The position numbers and the translations under genes are program-made. From contig JAENZD010000003.1 of the NCBI GenBank assembly GCA_016841445.1, forward strand, positions 31,212 to 95,211: a stretch of 64,000 bases of DNA, given 5' to 3'. This document shows, piece by piece, positions 41,007 through 50,187 of this stretch (within the stretch, counting starts at the first letter, position 1; every line of letters begins with the position of its first letter). The notes below the pieces were generated by a model. The model was not told where the DNA came from and made no database searches. It was given only the letters and a program-made list of their open reading frames with translations. This DNA comes from Anaerolineaceae bacterium (GTDB taxonomy: Bacteria; Chloroflexota; Anaerolineae; Anaerolineales; Anaerolineaceae).

Positions 41007-41649
41007 AAAGATAATCCTGGCTTCAAATTCACCCCGCAGAAAAGAACTCTTTTCATTATTCGGTTGGCCATTTATGGTATTGCCAGCTGATATTGATGAA
41101 AAGCGCAATCTGGGAGAAAACCCCCGCAATTATGTAAGTCGATTAGCATGTGAAAAAGCGCAAAAGGTGTCATCTGGTAATCAAGGGCTGATCATTGCCG
41201 CAGATACGATTGTTGTTGACCGGGATGAATTATTGGGCAAACCGGTGGATGAAGCGCAAGCACGGCAGATGCTGCAGCAATTAAGAGGGCGGGTTCACCA
41301 GGTTTATACAGGCATTGCCCTGGTGGATACGGAAATGCAGAAATCCTTCTCAGACGTTTGCAGGACGGATGTTCTCATGCGGGACTATTTCGATGAGGAA
41401 ATCGAGGAATACATAAAGACCGGAGACCCGATGGACAAGGCGGGAGCATACGCAATTCAGCATCCGGGTTTCAAACCCGTTGAGGATTTATCCGATTGTT
41501 ATGCCTGTGTCATGGGATTACCGCTCTGTAACCTGGCCGTTGGGCTCAGGAAGTTCGGGCTGCAAATCTCTGAAGATTTGCCCCAGCGCTGTCAGGAACT
41601 TCTGAAATATAATTGCCCAAATCTATCCAATGTGCTAAACCAGGATTGA
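40996..41649 (+). CDS. maf: Maf family nucleoside triphosphate pyrophosphatase
   Basis: ILASNSPRR, ADTIV, DKAGAY and VMGLP motifs. Confidence 0.93.
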   Translation: MTTKKIILASNSPRRKELFSLFGWPFMVLPADIDEKRNLGENPRNYVSRLACEKAQKVSSGNQGLIIAADTIVVDRDELLGKPVDEAQARQMLQQLRGRVHQVYTGIALVDTEMQKSFSDVCRTDVLMRDYFDEEIEEYIKTGDPMDKAGAYAIQHPGFKPVEDLSDCYACVMGLPLCNLAVGLRKFGLQISEDLPQRCQELLKYNCPNLSNVLNQD

Positions 41650-41660
41650 ACACATTAAAA

Positions 41661-43868
41661 ATGGTGCACCATCTGCTGTCTTTCAAGAAGATATTAATCG
41701 GCTTATTCATTTTGGGGATAGTCAGCGCGTGCCAACCCGTTTCTGTAAATACACCTACACTGATACCCGAAAAAGATTCAAATATTTATGACGCTGCTGC
41801 AGCCCAATCTGCTGCCGAGCGGTTTTTGTCAGCCTGGCAGGCTGAGGACTATGTTGGGATGTACAGTGAGCTTTCATTGTTAAGTCAGGATGCCACCAGC
41901 CAGGAATCTTTCGAGGAAGTTTATCACCAGGTGGCAAATGCGCTGACCCTGAAGAGTATTGATTACCAGGTCTTATCCGCGATGGCCGGCGAACATTACG
42001 CAGAGGTGGCTTTGAAAACCACGCTCTCGACACGCTTATTTGGCGATCTCTCGCGGGAGCTTGTGATGGGGTTGGAAAGGGAAAACGATGCCTGGGGAGT
42101 CCAGTGGGGGCAGGGATTGATCCTGCCGGAATTGGATGAAGGAAACTCACTTGAATTCATCGCCCAAGTGCCGTCGCGCGGCCGAATTTTTGACCAATAT
42201 GGCGCACCTTTAGCAGCCTATGAAAACGCGATTTCAATCGGGCTCGTACCAGGAGAGATCCTTCCTGAACAAACTGATCAAATTTATGAGACACTATCAA
42301 CGATGAGCAGCTATGATCCACAAACCCTGGCAGCCATGGTTGATCGAACCCCGGACGATTGGTATCTGCCGGTGGTTACCCTTGCTCAGGCTGATGCTGC
42401 GCCTTATCTTGAGGCGCTTCAGGGGTTGAGCGGGATCCAATTGAACGAGTTTCGCTCCCGTTTTTATGTGGATGGCGGAGTGGCACCCCATGCCCTTGGG
42501 TACCTGCTGTATATTCCGGAAGAGGAACTGGAAGATTATTTGAGGTTGGGATACAGGCAAGATGAACGGATTGGTGCTTCAGGATTGGAGGCGACCTACG
42601 AGAGTGAACTTTCAGGCCAGCGGGGGGGCACGCTCTATCTTAAAGATTCGGAAGGCCAAATCATTTCATTGATTGCCAGCAGCGAACCGGTGCCAGGCGA
42701 GTCATTATTTACGACACTGGACAAAAAATTACAGGCGCAGATCCAGGATTCCCTGGGTGATTTACGGGCAGCTGTCGTCGTCATGGAAGTGGACACAGGC
42801 CGCATCCTGTCACTCGTCTCTAATCCTGATTTCGATCCCAACGCCTTCGATATGGCGGAGATTGACCGAAGCCTGATGGAGTCTTATTTTACAGACGAAG
42901 ATCAGCCCCTATTTAATCGGGCAACCCAGGGGCAGTATCCATTGGGATCTGTTTTTAAAACGATATCCATGGCAGCAGCCCTTGAAACCGGGGTTTATTC
43001 CATTTATTCATCCATTTACTGCGGCCATTCTCTTTGGGTCTGCGACCGGGCGACCTTGTACGATTGGACCCTTGCTTACGGTACATCAGCAAGCGGCCAG
43101 CTCAGCCTGCCGGAGGGGTTAATGCGATCCTGCAACCCCTGGTTCTATACCATCGGTGAGACGCTGTATGAGTCGGAACTGCCCGATGCGCTGACAAATA
43201 TGGCTTATGGTTTCGGGCTGGGTATTGAGACAGGTATTGAAATCCCCGAAGCGTCAGGGAATATCCCCCTGACAGCCAGCACCTGCCTGGAGAATGCCCA
43301 GATGGCGATTGGACAGGGAGAAATCCTGGTTACCCCGGTACAGGTTGCGACATTTTTTGCGGCTTTGGCAAATGGCGGCACCTTATATCAACCGACGCTG
43401 GTCGAGAAGATTGAATCTTCATCAGGTGATGTCACGTACGAATTTGAGCCAGTATCCAAAGGGAACTTGCCGATTTCTTCTGAAACCCTTTCTGAAGTCA
43501 GGGAGGCACTCCGTTTGGTGGTGGAGGAACCCCGCGGCACAGGTTATTGGGCAATGGGAGACCTGCAAATCCCGGTTTCCGGTAAGACGGGCACTGCCCA
43601 AACGCCCACAGGAAATTCGCACGCCTGGTTTGCGGGGTATTCCCGTCAAAATGATCCCGAGCGACCGGATATTGCAGTGGTTGTCCTGATCGAAAATGGC
43701 GGTGAGGGATCTGCCATGGCAGCACCCGTCTTCAGGCGGGTGATCTCGCTCTATTTTTCCAATTATGAAAACCCGAGCGGTGTTATGCCATGGGAGTCAG
43801 AACCTTTCATCCCGCAAGAACCGACAGCAACACCCACCCCCGACGAAGATTCCCAAAGCGGCGATTGA
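41661..43868 (+). CDS. Class B PBP-type transpeptidase lipoprotein with NTF2/MecA-like N-domain, copy 1
   Basis: Lipobox VSAC; SVFK, SCN and KTG catalytic motifs. Confidence 0.9.
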   Translation: MVHHLLSFKKILIGLFILGIVSACQPVSVNTPTLIPEKDSNIYDAAAAQSAAERFLSAWQAEDYVGMYSELSLLSQDATSQESFEEVYHQVANALTLKSIDYQVLSAMAGEHYAEVALKTTLSTRLFGDLSRELVMGLERENDAWGVQWGQGLILPELDEGNSLEFIAQVPSRGRIFDQYGAPLAAYENAISIGLVPGEILPEQTDQIYETLSTMSSYDPQTLAAMVDRTPDDWYLPVVTLAQADAAPYLEALQGLSGIQLNEFRSRFYVDGGVAPHALGYLLYIPEEELEDYLRLGYRQDERIGASGLEATYESELSGQRGGTLYLKDSEGQIISLIASSEPVPGESLFTTLDKKLQAQIQDSLGDLRAAVVVMEVDTGRILSLVSNPDFDPNAFDMAEIDRSLMESYFTDEDQPLFNRATQGQYPLGSVFKTISMAAALETGVYSIYSSIYCGHSLWVCDRATLYDWTLAYGTSASGQLSLPEGLMRSCNPWFYTIGETLYESELPDALTNMAYGFGLGIETGIEIPEASGNIPLTASTCLENAQMAIGQGEILVTPVQVATFFAALANGGTLYQPTLVEKIESSSGDVTYEFEPVSKGNLPISSETLSEVREALRLVVEEPRGTGYWAMGDLQIPVSGKTGTAQTPTGNSHAWFAGYSRQNDPERPDIAVVVLIENGGEGSAMAAPVFRRVISLYFSNYENPSGVMPWESEPFIPQEPTATPTPDEDSQSGD

Positions 43869-43937
43869 CACAGTATAATCTATCGATAATGAAAAAGAAG
43901 AATGCGTGATTGAATACGCATTCATTGGAGTTTACTG

Positions 43938-46208
43938 ATGAAGAAAAAAATTGCCATATTACTATTGGCTTTTATCCTTGTTATCTCAGGATGTACACCC
44001 AATCCTACTGCTGACTTAACAGAAGAGGCAGCACCTGGTACACCGACTCTGCCATCACCACAGATTGGGGTTACGCCCGCGCCCGGTGTTGAAAATGCTG
44101 TTAATGCCTTTTTGAATGCCTGGCAGGTTGAAGATTACCCTGTGATGTATGCCATGTTGTCCAGTGAGAGCCGCAGCATGATCTCTGAGGAAGATTTCAC
44201 CACGCGATATCTCGAGACAGCGGCAGCAATGACGCTTCAATTTAATACCGGCATTGACTACGAAGTCCTCTCCACAATGACCAATCCCCAAACGGCAACG
44301 GCTAAGGTTCAGGTTAATTACAATACCAATTTGTTCGGTACGTTTTCTCGAGAGATTGAACTTGCGATGGTGAAGGAATCAGGGGAGTGGGTCATGCAGT
44401 GGGGGGAAGGGATGATCCTGCCTGAACTGGCGGGTGGAAATGCGCTTGACACGGTACGTTCTTCATCACCCAGGGGAAATATCTATGCCAGTGATGGCTA
44501 CCCCATCGCAGCCCAGGATGATGCTGTGGCAATCGGGTTTGTCCCGGGGGACCTGGATTATGATTTGATCAGTTTGTTCTACAGCACAATGGCGGATCTC
44601 ACAATCTACCAGGTGGATGAGATTGTGGAGATGGTGAACAATACGTATCCCACCGATTATGTTTCTTTGGGCGAGGTTCTTCAATCTGATGTTGATCGAC
44701 GGATGGGCACCCTGAGCGCGTTGAGCGGTGTTTATTTGAATTATTATTCATCCCGTTTTTATTATGATGGCGGCCTTGCACCCCAAGCTGTTGGTCACCT
44801 GAACTATATCTCGGCTGAAGACCTGAATACCTATCTTCGGTTGGGCTATGGGTCTAATGAGCGATACGGCAGCACCGGTTTGGAAAGAGCGTTTGAAGAT
44901 GAGCTTTCTGGCGAGAAAGGCGCATCGCTTTATTTAAAAGATCCTAACGGGCAGATCATTTCACTGCTGGCTGAAAAGGGTGCAACTTCTGGTCAGTCTA
45001 TCACCACAACGATCGATCCTAGGCTGCAGTACCTCCTCCAGCAATCCCTGGGTGAGTACAGGGGTGCGATTGTTGTGATGGAAGTCGATACCGGTCGAGT
45101 CCTGGCGATGGTCTCCAACCCCCAGTTTGACCCGAACCTTTTTGATATCAACAACCAGAATATTGTTTATACTAATAACCCATACTTCGAAGAAGACGAT
45201 CCAGTATTCAACCGTGCGACAAACGGCCAATACCCGTTGGGTTCTGTTTTCAAGATCATCACCATGGCAGCAGGGCTTGAAACAGGTGTTTTTACAGAGT
45301 CCTCGGAAATATACTGCGGGCACTCAGTAGTAGCTTGCGGAAATGAACTTTTCGACTGGACTTATGAAAAGGAAAAACCACCGAGCGGCGACCTGACATT
45401 GCCGGAAGGCCTGATGCGCTCCTGCAACCCCTGGTTTTATACCATCGGCGAGCAGCTTTTTCTCGAAGGGTATTCGAATGCGATTGCAGATATGGCTCGC
45501 GATTTTGGGTTAGGGCGGGAGACGGGGATTGAGATTGCTGAACAGCCCGGGAACATCCCTGCTGAGGTTGCCTCCTGCGAAGTCAATACGCAATTAGCTA
45601 TCGGCCAGGGAGAAATGATCGTCACCCCCCTGCAGGTGGCCAGTTTTATTGCTGCGATCGGGAATGGCGGCACACTTTACCGGCCAGCGCTGGTGGAAGA
45701 AATTGGCCCGGAGAACGGTGATCCGACCTACATTTTTGAACCTGAAATCCAGGGGACGCTGCCTATTTCTGACTATAATATGAACATCATTACCGAAGCG
45801 ATGCGCAGTGTGATTTCCAATGGCAGGGGAACCGCACACACCCAATTGGCAACCATGCAGTACCGTGCGTACGGGAAAACGGGCACAGCGACCAATCCCT
45901 TTGGGGAATCCCATGCCTGGTTTGCAGGTTACACGTCGGTAGGCAATGAAAATCGTCCTGATATTGCTGTGGCCGTTATCCTTGAGAATGCCGGTGAAGG
46001 TTCCGAGATGGCAGCGCCAGTGTTCCGCCGGGTTGTTTCGCTGTATTTCTCGAATTATGTCAATTATGGCTACATACTGCCCTGGGAAGCCTATCCCTAT
46101 GTTGTGGCTTCAGAAACGCCGATTCCCTCCGAAACGCCGATTCCAACCAATACGCCGATTCCCACGGACACACCTGTTGGTGGTGAAGAAGCAACGGAAT
46201 CGCCTTAG
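43938..46208 (+). CDS. Class B PBP-type transpeptidase lipoprotein, copy 2
   Basis: Lipobox ISGC; SVFK, SCN and KTG motifs; colinear paralog of copy 1. Confidence 0.9.
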   Translation: MKKKIAILLLAFILVISGCTPNPTADLTEEAAPGTPTLPSPQIGVTPAPGVENAVNAFLNAWQVEDYPVMYAMLSSESRSMISEEDFTTRYLETAAAMTLQFNTGIDYEVLSTMTNPQTATAKVQVNYNTNLFGTFSREIELAMVKESGEWVMQWGEGMILPELAGGNALDTVRSSSPRGNIYASDGYPIAAQDDAVAIGFVPGDLDYDLISLFYSTMADLTIYQVDEIVEMVNNTYPTDYVSLGEVLQSDVDRRMGTLSALSGVYLNYYSSRFYYDGGLAPQAVGHLNYISAEDLNTYLRLGYGSNERYGSTGLERAFEDELSGEKGASLYLKDPNGQIISLLAEKGATSGQSITTTIDPRLQYLLQQSLGEYRGAIVVMEVDTGRVLAMVSNPQFDPNLFDINNQNIVYTNNPYFEEDDPVFNRATNGQYPLGSVFKIITMAAGLETGVFTESSEIYCGHSVVACGNELFDWTYEKEKPPSGDLTLPEGLMRSCNPWFYTIGEQLFLEGYSNAIADMARDFGLGRETGIEIAEQPGNIPAEVASCEVNTQLAIGQGEMIVTPLQVASFIAAIGNGGTLYRPALVEEIGPENGDPTYIFEPEIQGTLPISDYNMNIITEAMRSVISNGRGTAHTQLATMQYRAYGKTGTATNPFGESHAWFAGYTSVGNENRPDIAVAVILENAGEGSEMAAPVFRRVVSLYFSNYVNYGYILPWEAYPYVVASETPIPSETPIPTNTPIPTDTPVGGEEATESP

Positions 46209-46214
46209 GAGGGT

Positions 46215-47162
46215 GTGCTTTTGACAGATAAACTGCAAGGCCTGGTCATCCGCTCCCAATCGGGTTTCCTGACGGTCCAGACAGATTCGGGGGTGTATGT
46301 CTGCCGTTTGAGGGGCCGTTTGAAACAAGAAGGAGCGGAAGGGGATATCGTTGCGGTTGGTGATCACGTGACAGTTGTGCCCGATCAGGATGGCTCCGGT
46401 GTCATTGATGCTGTCCACGAAAGAAAAGGCGCCATATCCCGTTTACGGTCAGGCATTAAAAAAGACTTCCGGCAGATCCTGCTGGCGAATCCCGATCAAA
46501 TGGTGATCGTGTTTGCGTGTGCAAATCCTGATCCCCACCTGCGGATGATGGACCGCTTCCTGGTGATCGCTGAAAAGCAAGACGTGGATGCTGTTATTGT
46601 CGCCAATAAAGTAGACCTCGTTACACCGGCAGAAGCTGAGACCGTTTTTGGGTTGTACGAATCATTGGGGTATCCTGTTCTTTATACATCCGCGCATACC
46701 GGGCAAGGCCTGGAAGAACTGAACAAAGCTTTGAAAGATAAAATTTCCATCCTGACAGGGCCTTCCGGCGTCGGCAAATCCAGTTTGTTGAATGCTATCC
46801 AACCGGATCTCGGGCTGCATGTGCGTACTGTCAGTGAAGCGACGTCTAAAGGACGCCATACGACCCACGTAAGGGAGCTCTTCCCTTTAGATGAGGGCGG
46901 TTATGTTGCTGACACGCCAGGTATCCGCTCCCTGGCACTTTGGGATACAGAACCTGAGGAACTGGACGCTTATTTCGTTGAAATGAGAGAGCTGGTTTCA
47001 GGATGTAAGTTCAGTGACTGCACCCATACCCATGAGCCAGGCTGCGCTGTGCGCAAAGCGGTTGATTCTGGGAAAGTCGCAAAAGAACGGTATTATTCTT
47101 ATCTCAGGCTGCGGTTTGAAGATCAAGCTGAGACGCTTGCAGAAGATATTGATGAAATTTAA
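46215..47162 (+). CDS. rsgA: Ribosome small subunit-dependent GTPase A
   Basis: NKVD, GPSGVGKSS, GRHTT, DTPG and C-x4-C-x-H-x5-C zinc motif. Confidence 0.96.
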   Translation: MLLTDKLQGLVIRSQSGFLTVQTDSGVYVCRLRGRLKQEGAEGDIVAVGDHVTVVPDQDGSGVIDAVHERKGAISRLRSGIKKDFRQILLANPDQMVIVFACANPDPHLRMMDRFLVIAEKQDVDAVIVANKVDLVTPAEAETVFGLYESLGYPVLYTSAHTGQGLEELNKALKDKISILTGPSGVGKSSLLNAIQPDLGLHVRTVSEATSKGRHTTHVRELFPLDEGGYVADTPGIRSLALWDTEPEELDAYFVEMRELVSGCKFSDCTHTHEPGCAVRKAVDSGKVAKERYYSYLRLRFEDQAETLAEDIDEI

Positions 47163-47183
47163 ACGATCCTTTTTAATGATGAA

Positions 47184-49127
47184 ATGCAATCACAAATGAA
47201 AAAATTATTTGCTTTTACAATCATCATATTTTTTTTAGTCTCTTGTGCCTCACCCAGCCAGGTGGAGATAACACAAACCTCCACAGAGGCAACCCTGGGG
47301 GACCCAACCAATGTTTCTTCACCTACGGAAACACCTGAACCCGAGGAGACCCTGACAATTTGCACCCGTGTCCTGCCTGAAAGTTTATTTCCCTACGATG
47401 GCGTCCAAACACAGATCAAAGATCATCTCCTTTCTCTGTTCCTGGAAGCGCCTTATGAAAACCAGGGGGATTCGCTGGTAATGAACTTCTTAGAAAAGAT
47501 GCCCTCGATTGCGAATGGCGATATTCGCCTGGAGGCGGTCACTGTGCAGGGGGGGCAGACGATTGTTGACGCTTATGGCGAGGTGATCGTTTTGAAGCAA
47601 GGCGTGGTTGTGCGCCCCAGTGGATGTCGCGGATCCGACTGCGCTGTTGAATGGGATGGGGAAACTGGACTGCAGATGGACAGACTGGTCGTGGATTATA
47701 GGCTGCGGGAAGATCTTGCCTGGTCAGATGGCACACCTGTGACCGCCGCTGATGTCCTTTTTAGCTATGATCTGGCAAATGATCCTGACGCACCCGGGCT
47801 CAGGTGGGCGGCAGACCGGACGGAACAGGTGCTGGCGCAGGATCCCAATACCTACGAGTGGGTTGGACGTCCCGGCTTTACAACATCGAATCTGGATCAA
47901 TTCTTATGGCTTCCCCTACCATCACATCTGTTCGATGAAACGGAGACATGGCCTACAATTGCCACGAGCGACCTTCTGGCGGTAACGCCGCTCAGCTATG
48001 GCCCTTTCATGCTGGTGGGATGGGACCAAGCCAGGATGACCTTTGCCCCGAACCCATATTACTACCGTGTAGATGAAGGGCTTCCGATACTGGATCAAGT
48101 GACCGTTCAGGTGATGGACGGCGGCGCAAGTGCTGCGTGGGAGGCGATGAAATCCGGGACTTGTGATGTGCTGGACGACTCATTTGGGTTTGAGAGCAAG
48201 CCGGATTTACTGGCAGAAATTCAATCTGATGAAAGATTTTCTGAGAGCATAGCCCAGGGTGATAGCTGGGTACAGCTCGTATTTGGAATTCAACCTGCAT
48301 CCTATGATGAATTCTACAACCCCATTTATGGCGATCGCCCTGATTTCTTTGGTGACCCCAGGACAAGGCAAGCCATCGCGTCCTGTTTGGATAGAGAGCT
48401 TATGCTCAGTACGACAATCAATGGAATGGGTAACCTCTGGCCGAGTTTTCTCGCACCGGATCAATCCCGACTCAGTAGCGAGGATGTTCTTTCATATAAT
48501 ACAGCACTCAGCAAGCAGTTATTGACTGAGGTGGGATGGGTTGATTATGATAACAATTCTCAAACGCCATTGCAGGCCTGGGGTGTACCAAATATTCCCA
48601 GCGGAACACCTTTCTCGGTGACCTTGTTAACCGATCAATCTGGTTTTCATCAAGCGTTAAGCGAGATTGTCCAATCCTCGCTGAATCAATGCGGGATTGA
48701 AGTGGTTATCACACAACTTCCGGCATCTGACCTTTATGCTCCGGGACCTTCCGGACCCCTGTTTGGGCGTGCGTTTGACCTGACGCTGCTTTCCTGGATG
48801 CCAATGCCTGATGTGGACTGCCGGTATTATATGAGTTCGCTGGTTCCCAACACAGCTAATAATTGGATCGGAACGAATATTACCGGTTTAATGGATGAAG
48901 GGTATGATGCTGCCTGCAGCACAGCTTCGCTTTCCTTGCCAGCAGAGCAGGAAGATGCTTTACAACAGAGTGAACTGGTTTTCCTTAACTTCCACCCTGC
49001 CGTTCCTTTGTTTTCTGTGCCATCCGTAATGGTATTATTAGACGAAATTTGCAGTGATGGCAGCTTTTCTGGCGAGACGTTCTTCCAGGCATTGGAAGGT
49101 TTGTCAATTGAGGACGTTTGTCCGTAA
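47184..49127 (+). CDS. Peptide ABC transporter substrate-binding lipoprotein (family 5)
   Basis: Lipobox LVSC, WSDGTPVTAAD, GPF, NPYY and RQAIA motifs. Confidence 0.88.
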   Translation: MQSQMKKLFAFTIIIFFLVSCASPSQVEITQTSTEATLGDPTNVSSPTETPEPEETLTICTRVLPESLFPYDGVQTQIKDHLLSLFLEAPYENQGDSLVMNFLEKMPSIANGDIRLEAVTVQGGQTIVDAYGEVIVLKQGVVVRPSGCRGSDCAVEWDGETGLQMDRLVVDYRLREDLAWSDGTPVTAADVLFSYDLANDPDAPGLRWAADRTEQVLAQDPNTYEWVGRPGFTTSNLDQFLWLPLPSHLFDETETWPTIATSDLLAVTPLSYGPFMLVGWDQARMTFAPNPYYYRVDEGLPILDQVTVQVMDGGASAAWEAMKSGTCDVLDDSFGFESKPDLLAEIQSDERFSESIAQGDSWVQLVFGIQPASYDEFYNPIYGDRPDFFGDPRTRQAIASCLDRELMLSTTINGMGNLWPSFLAPDQSRLSSEDVLSYNTALSKQLLTEVGWVDYDNNSQTPLQAWGVPNIPSGTPFSVTLLTDQSGFHQALSEIVQSSLNQCGIEVVITQLPASDLYAPGPSGPLFGRAFDLTLLSWMPMPDVDCRYYMSSLVPNTANNWIGTNITGLMDEGYDAACSTASLSLPAEQEDALQQSELVFLNFHPAVPLFSVPSVMVLLDEICSDGSFSGETFFQALEGLSIEDVCP

Positions 49128-49218
49128 GACCATAAGTAATAAAAAAGTAAGCCATTTTAATGATTGAGCAATTGTAAAATGATTAGGCGATATATAGTAT
49201 AAAAAATGTTAATGGTAA

Positions 49219-49319
49219 CCCTCACCTCAATCCTCTCCCTGGTAATGCTCCCCTGAGCATTTACACATCGATGATGTGCCAGGACGGCACTCATCTCGAG
49301 GGAGAGGGCAGGGTGAGGG
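49219..49319. repeat. CCCTCACC...GGGTGAGGG palindromic element with inserted hairpins
   Basis: CCCTCACC (49219)/GGGTGAGGG (49319); CCTCTCCC/GGGAGAGG (49232-49239/49300-49307); inner ATGCTC/GAGCAT and CACATC/GATGTG stems. Confidence 0.65.
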
Positions 49320-49371
49320 TGTGGACCTTGCTTAAGATTTATTTTGAAAAAATTGTGAATTAGGTGATGTT

Positions 49372-49911
49372 ATGAAAAGATATGCTGATGATTATAAGAT
49401 CGTCGTTGAAGTTGATAAAAAAGGAAAAGAAAGAAAAAAAGCTGTATATAACGGGAACTATTTTTCCGTTTCATTAGACGAGCAGGGTTTGAAGAATCTA
49501 AAGCGTAACAGTTTAATTTTGTTTGCCTTGATCGTTGTTTTGCATGTTACTGCAGGATTTCTGTCCAGCCAGGGGATGTACCAATTTTATGTTGCCTTCC
49601 CTTATGTTTTTGCCTTTTTGCCTTTTTACTTCTTGATCACCGGTATCTTGAGATTGCCGAGTGAAAAACGACCCTACCGGCGGGATGAAACAGGGCTTTC
49701 TTTTAAACGAATTAAAAAGAACAGCCTGGCCCTTTTTATACTTTTAGCGATCGCAGTATTAGGGGAGATCGTCTTTTTAGTCTTTTTCTATTTACTACCA
49801 AATTCTCAAGAATACCCGTTTCTGTTTTCTGAAGCAGTGGCTGGTATCCTGGCTTACTTCCTGGTCAGACTTCAATTGCAGGTTCAAATCTCAGAAATTG
49901 CAGAAAAATAG
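49372..49911 (+). CDS. Hypothetical membrane protein (about 4 TM, charged N-terminus)
   Basis: 179-aa ORF, AGGTG SD, hydrophobic helices. Confidence 0.75.
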   Translation: MKRYADDYKIVVEVDKKGKERKKAVYNGNYFSVSLDEQGLKNLKRNSLILFALIVVLHVTAGFLSSQGMYQFYVAFPYVFAFLPFYFLITGILRLPSEKRPYRRDETGLSFKRIKKNSLALFILLAIAVLGEIVFLVFFYLLPNSQEYPFLFSEAVAGILAYFLVRLQLQVQISEIAEK

Positions 49912-50106
49912 AGATCAATCGGAGAAGGAACTTAAACTCAATCGTTTTTTACCCTGATTGATTGTTTCTATTCAGTTCGATTTTAGAGAATGGAGGAGAA
50001 TAGAATAACCAAAATTTTATCAAAAATTGTGAATAATTAAGTCTGTTTTACAGGTAAAAAACCCAATGGTTATAATTTCAGGGTTTAATACCATAATTGA
50101 GTACTA

Positions 50107-50135
50107 TTGCAAAATATCCAGATATCCACTATAAT
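50107..50135 (+). promoter_or_regulatory. Sigma70-type promoter of the opp operon
   Basis: TTGCAA, 17 nt, TATAAT; flanked by inverted GAGTAC / GTACTC. Confidence 0.65.
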
Positions 50136-50187
50136 TTGTACTCGTTCAGTCGTCAAATATTTTTTAATTAGGAGATTAGGAGAAAAT

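Noticed and set aside
49350-50040. Rex operator from repeated AAAAATTGTGAAT
   Set aside because: Only the TTGTGAA half-site occurs at both places; the TTCACAA half is missing
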